From Flavobacteriaceae bacterium (GTDB lineage: Bacteria; Bacteroidota; Bacteroidia; Flavobacteriales; Flavobacteriaceae), in assembly GCA_049791475.1 (NCBI GenBank), contig JBAQZZ010000016.1, forward strand, positions 8,395-72,394: a stretch of DNA of 64,000 nt, read 5' to 3'. Below are positions 59,039-64,000 of the stretch, piece by piece. The first letter of the stretch is position 1, and the number at the start of each line of letters is the position of its first letter. The position numbers and the translations under genes were made by a program. Below the pieces are notes generated by a model. That model was not told the origin of the DNA and did no database searches. It saw only the letters and a program-made list of their open reading frames with translations.

Positions 59039-59102
59039 AAGACAAAAGAACCAAGAATAAAGACAAAACAATAAATGTCTTGCATCTTGATTCTTGTGTC
59101 TT
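59039..59102. repeat. imperfect 26-nt inverted repeat (aagacaaaagaaccaagaataaagac / gtcttgcatcttgattcttgtgtctt)
   Basis: 21/26 positions are complementary by hand count, with a 12-nt loop. It fills the ALDH-SDR spacer. Confidence 0.5.
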
Positions 59103-59115
59103 TAATCTAAAATAA

Positions 59116-59898
59116 ATGGATTTAAAACTAAACGATAAAAATGCATTGGTTTGTGGAAGCACGCAAGGTATAGGAAAAGCAACTGCCATGGCATTAGCTG
59201 AAGAAGGTGTTAATGTTACGCTTGTAGCCAGAAATAGAGAGAAATTAAAAGCTGTTTTAGAGGAATTACCAAATAGCGAAAACCACAGCTACATTGTAGC
59301 TGATTTTTCTAATCCAAGAGAATTACAAGAGCAGGTTATTAAATTTATTGAGAAAAAGCATGGCTTTCATATTCTAATAAATAATACTGGTGGCCCAAGA
59401 AGTGGTGCTATTTTAAGTGCTAGTTTAGATGAGTTTGATAATGCTTTTACCATGCATTTAAAATGCAACCATGTTTTAGCTCAAGCAACGATTCCATTTA
59501 TGAAAGCAGAAGGTTTTGGTAGGATTGTTAATGTGATTTCAACTTCGGTAAAAGAACCCATTCCTGGGCTTGGTGTTAGTAATACAACCCGAGGTGCTGT
59601 TGGTAATTGGAGTAAAACTTTGTCCGAAGAAGTAGCTTCTTTTGGCATCACAGTAAACAACGTATTACCTGGTTTTACTGACACTGAACGTTTAACCGAA
59701 ATTATTAAAATAAAAGCTGCTGGTGCTGAAACCTCTATTGAAGACATGACCGAAATCATGAAAAACTACACACCTGCAAAGCGTTTTGCTAAACCAGAAG
59801 AAACAGCAAATGTTATTACATTTTTAGCAAGCGAATGCTCAAGTTACATCAACGGAATTAACGTTCCTGTTGATGGTGGTCGAACAAAAAGTTTGTAA
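59116..59898 (+). CDS. SDR family oxidoreductase, atypical active-site segment
   Basis: 260 aa. Cofactor motif 'CGSTQGIGKA', 'NNTGG'. Where classical SDRs have YxxxK, this reads 'SNTTRGAVGNWSKTL' by my eye alignment. Confidence 0.8.
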   Translation: MDLKLNDKNALVCGSTQGIGKATAMALAEEGVNVTLVARNREKLKAVLEELPNSENHSYIVADFSNPRELQEQVIKFIEKKHGFHILINNTGGPRSGAILSASLDEFDNAFTMHLKCNHVLAQATIPFMKAEGFGRIVNVISTSVKEPIPGLGVSNTTRGAVGNWSKTLSEEVASFGITVNNVLPGFTDTERLTEIIKIKAAGAETSIEDMTEIMKNYTPAKRFAKPEETANVITFLASECSSYINGINVPVDGGRTKSL

Positions 59899-59922
59899 CT
59901 TTATAACAATATTAAACTGTCT

Positions 59923-60006
59923 GTCATTACGAGGAGCGAAGTGACGTGGTAATCTTAGCGAAAGGAACAGATTGCCACAGCAAATAAAAATTTGCTTCGC
60001 AATGAC
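59923..60006. repeat. two-module hairpin repeat (family B), copy 2
   Basis: gtcattacgaggagcgaagtgacgtggtaatct + agattgccacagcaaataaaaatttgcttcgcaatgac. The second module is identical to 57130-57167. Confidence 0.8.
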
Positions 60007-60023
60007 GGTAAAAATATAAAACC

Positions 60024-60557
60024 ATGAGTAATTTAACTTCCCCTATAAATTTTAAAGCTTGGATTGAAGAAAACAGACATCTTTTAAAACCACCAGTTGG
60101 AAATAAAGTCGTTTGGAAAGATGGCGATTTTATTGTTATGGTTGTAGGTGGACCCAATAACAGAAAAGATTACCATTATAATGAAACTCCTGAGTTTTTC
60201 TATCAAGTTGAGGGTGATATTATTTTAAAAATAATAGACAAAGGCACACCTAAAAATGTTCATATTAAAGAAGGTGATATTTATTTATTGCCTCCTAAAG
60301 TACCGCATTCACCTCAACGCGGTGCAAATACAGTTGGTTTAGTTATTGAATACAAACGACCAGAAGGCATGCGCGATGCACTACTTTGGTTTTGCGAAAA
60401 CTGTGTAACTAAATTATATGAAGAAGACTTTACAGTAGAAAATATTGAAACAGATATGCCTAAAATATTTGACAAATATTATAACGATAAAGATAAACGA
60501 AGCTGTCCAAATTGTGGAGAAATTATGCAACCACCAAAAAAAGTGCAGATAGATTAA
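60024..60557 (+). CDS. nbaC: 3-hydroxyanthranilate 3,4-dioxygenase
   Basis: 177-aa cupin. 'R.DYHYNETPEFFYQVEGD', 'EGDIYLLPP.VPHSPQR', and a C-terminal rubredoxin-like 'CENC...CPNC'. Confidence 0.88.
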   Translation: MSNLTSPINFKAWIEENRHLLKPPVGNKVVWKDGDFIVMVVGGPNNRKDYHYNETPEFFYQVEGDIILKIIDKGTPKNVHIKEGDIYLLPPKVPHSPQRGANTVGLVIEYKRPEGMRDALLWFCENCVTKLYEEDFTVENIETDMPKIFDKYYNDKDKRSCPNCGEIMQPPKKVQID

Positions 60558-60579
60558 AAGCCCCATTGTCCTGTGGATA

Positions 60580-60596
60580 TTTCCCCAAAGGGGAAA
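60580..60596. repeat. hairpin tttcccc-aaa-ggggaaa
   Basis: Perfect 7-bp stem. The core tccccaaagggg(g)a is shared with the element inside valS. Confidence 0.5.
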
Positions 60597-60680
60597 CAAA
60601 AATGCTTTTAAGAATTTGAAAGATAAGCACAAGTTTCTGAAACAAATTCAGGATACAAAATAAAAAATTAATTTAAAGAT

Positions 60681-60696
60681 TCCTGACCTCTCAGGA
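60681..60696. repeat. small hairpin tcctga-cctc-tcagga
   Basis: 6-bp perfect stem ending 8 nt upstream of the ATG at 60704. Confidence 0.45.
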
Positions 60697-60703
60697 TTTT
60701 AAC

Positions 60704-61786
60704 ATGAAGCGAAAATTAAGAATTAACGGTCATTCACACTTACTACCTTATCCTGAGGAAATACCAGATTTCATGCAAGAAAAAGGTATCTTTTGGGTAG
60801 ATAAAGACCGTAAATTTATGCTTCAAAAAGATTGGAGCAGACCAGTAACCGATTCTAGTTTTTTTTTACACGAAAAACTAGAATGGATGGAACGCAACAA
60901 AATAGATCACGCTGTTGTATTAAATCTATCTCAATTATATGGCAACGGCTTGCGTGTTGAAGAAATGAAACAAGCATTGCGTTTTCAAAATGATTTTAAT
61001 GCTAAAATTCAACATGAAAACCCAAGTAAATTCACTTGTGGCTTTGTGGTTCATCCTGGTTTTGTAAGAAGTGCTTGTTGGGAAATAGAGCGTTGTGTTG
61101 AAACTCATGGTATGCAATTACTCTGCTTACCAACACATTACATGGATACTATTGGGACGTGGCGTTGTATTTTTGATGAAGAAAACGAACCTATTTTTGA
61201 ATTGGCTAGCAAATACAATCTGGCTGTTGAGATTCATCCTTACGATGGTGAAAAATTCATAAAGCTAGAAAACACCTCATGGCGTTTTCACCTTATTTGG
61301 ATGCTAGCACAATGTGCTGATGCCTATCATTTTTTAACCTTAAATGGTTATCAAGAAAAGTATCCAAATATGCGTACTTGTTTTGCTCATGGCGGACAAT
61401 TAGCTCAAATTAATTTAGGAAGACGTATTCAAGGATTTGATGGTAGACCGGATTTATTTGAAGGTAAACATCATCCAAGAAAGGCAGTAGGGCACAAAAA
61501 CATCTTCTTTGATACACTTGTTCACGATACGGGCGGATTAGAATTATTAATAAAAAATCATGGCTCGAAACAGGTGATAATGGGATTAGATGACCCGTAC
61601 CCTTTAGGCGAAATGGAAAGCGCTAAACAATCCTCTTATCCTGGTAAGATTTTAGACTTAGCTATGGACAGAAAAATTATTAATGAAACTCAATATGACG
61701 CCATTTGGAAAGATAATGTCATACAATGGCTATGTGGAGAAGATGAAAATGCCAAAGAAAAATTGATTAATAGAATACTTAATTAA
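60704..61786 (+). CDS. amidohydrolase-2 family decarboxylase (probable ACMSD)
   Basis: 360 aa. Metal-binding 'INGHSHLLP', later 'EIHPYDG' and 'FAHGG'. The ACMSD assignment rests on family plus cluster context. Confidence 0.65.
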   Translation: MKRKLRINGHSHLLPYPEEIPDFMQEKGIFWVDKDRKFMLQKDWSRPVTDSSFFLHEKLEWMERNKIDHAVVLNLSQLYGNGLRVEEMKQALRFQNDFNAKIQHENPSKFTCGFVVHPGFVRSACWEIERCVETHGMQLLCLPTHYMDTIGTWRCIFDEENEPIFELASKYNLAVEIHPYDGEKFIKLENTSWRFHLIWMLAQCADAYHFLTLNGYQEKYPNMRTCFAHGGQLAQINLGRRIQGFDGRPDLFEGKHHPRKAVGHKNIFFDTLVHDTGGLELLIKNHGSKQVIMGLDDPYPLGEMESAKQSSYPGKILDLAMDRKIINETQYDAIWKDNVIQWLCGEDENAKEKLINRILN

Positions 61787-61792
61787 TATATG

Positions 61793-62169
61793 TGTCTCCT
61801 CGAGCGCAGTCGAGAGGTTTATAATGAAATCATATTACGTTTACATACTAAAATGTGCTGATGGATTAACGTATACGGGAATTATTAATAATATCTCAAG
61901 GAGATTTGAAGAACACCAAAAAGGATTAAATAAAAGTTGTTTTACTTTTCAAAGAAGACCTACGGAATTAATATTTCACCAAGAATTTAATAATATAGAA
62001 CAAGCTATATATTTCGAAAAGAAAATCAAAAATTGGAGTGCTAAAAAGAAACTCGCTTTAGCCAATGGAGAATTTGATATGCTACAAATTTTATCTGAAT
62101 GTAGAAACGCAACCCATTCAAAATACAATCCTAATAACAAATAGGTCTCGACTGCGCTCGACCAGACAA
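61793..62169 (+). mobile_element. palindromic repeat (family C) carrying a GIY-YIG nuclease ORF in its loop; putative autonomous element
   Basis: Left arm at 61793-61820 and right arm at 62144-62169, identical to the arms of the empty hairpin at 55603-55662. The ORF occupies the loop to the nucleotide: 3 nt before the ATG, and the TAG shares its G with the right arm. Confidence 0.5.
61824..62144 (+). CDS. GIY-YIG nuclease family protein (COG2827/URI-type)
   Basis: 106 aa. 'YYVYILKCADGLTYTGIINNISRRFEEHQKG' (GIY..YxG..R..EH) and 'FEKKIKNWSAKKK' (E..IK.W.R.KK). Confidence 0.88.
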   Translation: MKSYYVYILKCADGLTYTGIINNISRRFEEHQKGLNKSCFTFQRRPTELIFHQEFNNIEQAIYFEKKIKNWSAKKKLALANGEFDMLQILSECRNATHSKYNPNNK

Positions 62170-62191
62170 ACTACAATAACTTATATTTGAC

Positions 62192-62836
62192 ATGCATTTT
62201 ATACCAGAAAAATTAGATGATTATGTTGTAAAGCATTCTGAAGACGAACCAGAATTACTTCAACAATTAACACGAGAAACCTATCAAAAAATATTGCAAC
62301 CACGCATGTTAAGTGGGCATTATCAAGGTCGTGTTTTAAGTATGATTTCTAAGTTGGTAAATCCCAAAAATATATTAGAAATTGGCACATACACAGGTTA
62401 TTCTGCATTATGTTTAGTGGAAGGTATGCAAGACTCTGGCGAATTACATACCATTGATATTAATGAAGAATTAGTTGATTTTCAAAGAACTTATTTTGAT
62501 AAATCTAATTACGGCCACCAAATTCATCAACATTTGGGCAATGCTTTAGAAATTATTCCTAAACTTAATAAAACCTTTGATTTAGTTTTTATAGATGCTG
62601 ATAAAGAGAATTATTCCAACTACTTTAATTTGATTATTGAAAAATTAAATAAAGGAGGAATCATTTTATCTGATAATGTACTTTGGAGCGGCAAAGTTTT
62701 AGAAACTACCTTCAAAAAAGAAGATACTTCTACTCCTGCTCTTATTGAATATAACAAGCTTTTAAAAGCTGACAAACGTGTTGAAACTGTTGTTTTACCT
62801 ATTAGGGATGGATTGACAATTAGTAGAAAATTATAA
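62192..62836 (+). CDS. class I SAM-dependent O-methyltransferase (caffeoyl-CoA OMT-like)
   Basis: 214 aa. 'ILEIGTYTGYSALCL', 'TIDIN', 'FDLVFIDADKENY', 'GGII..DNVLW.G.V'. Confidence 0.78.
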   Translation: MHFIPEKLDDYVVKHSEDEPELLQQLTRETYQKILQPRMLSGHYQGRVLSMISKLVNPKNILEIGTYTGYSALCLVEGMQDSGELHTIDINEELVDFQRTYFDKSNYGHQIHQHLGNALEIIPKLNKTFDLVFIDADKENYSNYFNLIIEKLNKGGIILSDNVLWSGKVLETTFKKEDTSTPALIEYNKLLKADKRVETVVLPIRDGLTISRKL

Positions 62837-63118
62837 CTTTCTTTTTACTGATCCAGTAAAATCTTCTATATCGTCTTTTACTTTATTAAGTTCTTTTTTC
62901 ACATCTGAGGTAATACTGGTATCCAAACCGTTTTTCTCAGCTGTTTTAGTTATTTCGTGCTTAATATCGTTAGTGGCATCTTTAAGTGTACGCATGCCTT
63001 TACCTAAGCCTCGAGCAATTTCAGGTAACTTATCAGCACCAAAAACCATGATAACTATAAATAGTATAAATGCAATTTCTCCTCCTGAAATAAATAAAAA
63101 TGTAGCTTGCTGTATCAC
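62831..63118 (-). CDS. tatA: twin-arginine translocase TatA/TatE family subunit
   Basis: 'FISGGEIAFILFIVIMVFGADKLPEIARGLGKGMRTLKDA' is the TatA core. No ATG is nearby. A GTG at 63118 gives M-IQQATFLFISGGE, and the upstream part of the track ORF is probably not translated. Confidence 0.78.
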   Translation of the reverse strand: MIQQATFLFISGGEIAFILFIVIMVFGADKLPEIARGLGKGMRTLKDATNDIKHEITKTAEKNGLDTSITSDVKKELNKVKDDIEDFTGSVKRKL

Positions 63119-63228
63119 ATTACAAATATAGTGAGTTGTTTTAATACAATAAAGAAATATTATATTAACTATACCCAAGTTTTTTTAAGTAAAAGAAGCT
63201 GTCTTAAAAATACAATATTTAACTTACT

Positions 63229-63300
63229 GTCACATTGAGCGCAGTCGAAATGCATTGAAATTCAGTATTATAAGTTTTTCGACTGCGCGCATAATGACAC
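63229..63300. repeat. palindromic repeat related to family C (gagcgcagtcgaaa / tttcgactgcgcgc)
   Basis: Arms at 63237-63250 and 63277-63290 are complementary at 13/14. They share the gagcgcagtcga / tcgactgcgc core with 55603 and 61793. The element lies inside an outer 19-bp inverted repeat. Confidence 0.65.
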
Positions 63301-63348
63301 TTGACTTGTCTTTTAAGACAGCCTCTTTTATTTTAGCTAAACGGAAAT

Positions 63349-64000
63349 TTACCCTTTAACCTTATTCTTAAATTTATCAAAATCATTGCCTTTATCCTCT
63401 TTTGGCCATGAATTGTTTGATGTATCAATATCTGCTGTTTCTAAATCTGGATCTACAGAAATATTTACAATTTCTTTTTCAGATGCTATGGTTCTACTTA
63501 CTTCTTTATCATTTAGTCTCCATATTTGTGCAGGATATGTTTCTCTTGTTTTAGAGCCATCTGCATAAGTATATTCAACTATAATTGGCATTACTAAACC
63601 TCCTGGTTTATTAAACGTCACACTATAAAAATACTTAGGCTCTTTTATATTTTTACGTTGTTCTGGTGTAAAATTATCCATTAAATACTCATTCAACGTA
63701 GTCGAATTTTCTAATGGAGAACCATTTTTCATATCTTCTTCAAAACCTTCGCTACCTTCTTCTATTAGGTATACTAATTTATCAGCTTCTAAATTTAACC
63801 TTTCAGCTATTCTTTTACCGTAGTCATTTTGTTTGGATGTTACGTAATATTTTTTCACCTCTTTTACACCAATATCTACCCAATCTGTGGTATAAAACCA
63901 ACCTCTCCAATACCAGTCTAAATCAAATGCAGACGCATCCTCCATGGTTCTAAAAAAGTCTTCTGGTGTTGGGTGTTTAAACATCCAACGTTGTGCATAC
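63349..64000 (-). CDS. M1 family metallopeptidase, C-terminal part (5' end lies beyond the window)
   Basis: The frame stays open upstream of the M at 63984 to the window edge (..[40 protein letters not shown]..). That segment is typical of Bacteroidota M1 peptidases. Confidence 0.65.
   Translation of the reverse strand, partial: YAQRWMFKHPTPEDFFRTMEDASAFDLDWYWRGWFYTTDWVDIGVKEVKKYYVTSKQNDYGKRIAERLNLEADKLVYLIEEGSEGFEEDMKNGSPLENSTTLNEYLMDNFTPEQRKNIKEPKYFYSVTFNKPGGLVMPIIVEYTYADGSKTRETYPAQIWRLNDKEVSRTIASEKEIVNISVDPDLETADIDTSNNSWPKEDKGNDFDKFKNKVKG

Noticed and set aside
59927-60157. 76-aa minus-strand ORF, together with the 57117-57329 minus-strand ORF, running through the family B repeats.
   Set aside because: They are generated by the repeat sequence itself plus antisense of the adjacent real genes. 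This is typical of spurious ORFs called across such repeats.
55603-63300. CRISPR array hypothesis for the recurring palindromic repeats in the last 9 kb.
   Set aside because: The copies are kilobases apart and separated by ordinary genes. They occur as inverted rather than direct, regularly spaced repeats, and there are no cas genes.
1-64000. Search by eye for tRNA, rRNA, tmRNA, RNase P RNA, riboswitches, IS transposases, phage genes and known defence systems.
   Set aside because: Nothing convincing was found. Intergenic regions are short and are accounted for by promoters, terminators or the repeats described. A covariance-model scan (Infernal/Rfam, tRNAscan-SE) would be needed to exclude small ncRNAs, especially in 34602-34910 and 21673-21825.

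Overview
AT-rich (about one-third GC by eye) chromosomal segment with the gene content and signals of a Flavobacteriaceae (Bacteroidota) genome: an XrtF exosortase pair, ribosomal protein THX, TAnnTTTG -7 promoter boxes 16-30 nt upstream of several start codons, and many lipoprotein-type signal peptides. There are about 70 tightly packed CDS, almost all core housekeeping: purH, mreB-mreC-mreD-mrdA-rodA, def, yaaA, rluD, ddl, coaD, pyrE, birA, rsfS-ftsH, cdsA-psd, valS, murB, lipA, gap, lpxK, msrA and tatA. The rest are two ECF sigma modules, a hybrid histidine kinase, SulP and NRAMP transporters, and a 7-gene kynurenine / 2-aminomuconate tryptophan-catabolic cluster (54.3-61.8 kb). I saw no rRNA, tRNA, CRISPR array, prophage, IS transposase or recognisable defence island. 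The unusual part is the non-coding layer. (1) A palindromic repeat occurs once as an empty hairpin (55.6 kb) and once with a GIY-YIG nuclease ORF exactly filling its loop (61.8-62.2 kb), resembling a REP/RAYT-like or MITE/autonomous-element pair built on a GIY-YIG enzyme. (2) A GC-rich, multi-hairpin ~96-nt element appears to be inserted in frame inside valS. (3) Two unrelated small ORFs (13.0 kb and 31.2 kb) share the same 83-nt 5' promoter/hairpin block and related 3' hairpin blocks, so they look like gene cassettes. (4) A ~90-nt two-hairpin repeat flanks the ridA-ALDH-SDR module of the kynurenine cluster as direct repeats. (5) There are nested palindromes near tatA and an HMA-domain pseudogene abutted by another palindrome. 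All of this comes from reading the sequence by hand. Copy numbers, homology and novelty need database searches that I could not run.
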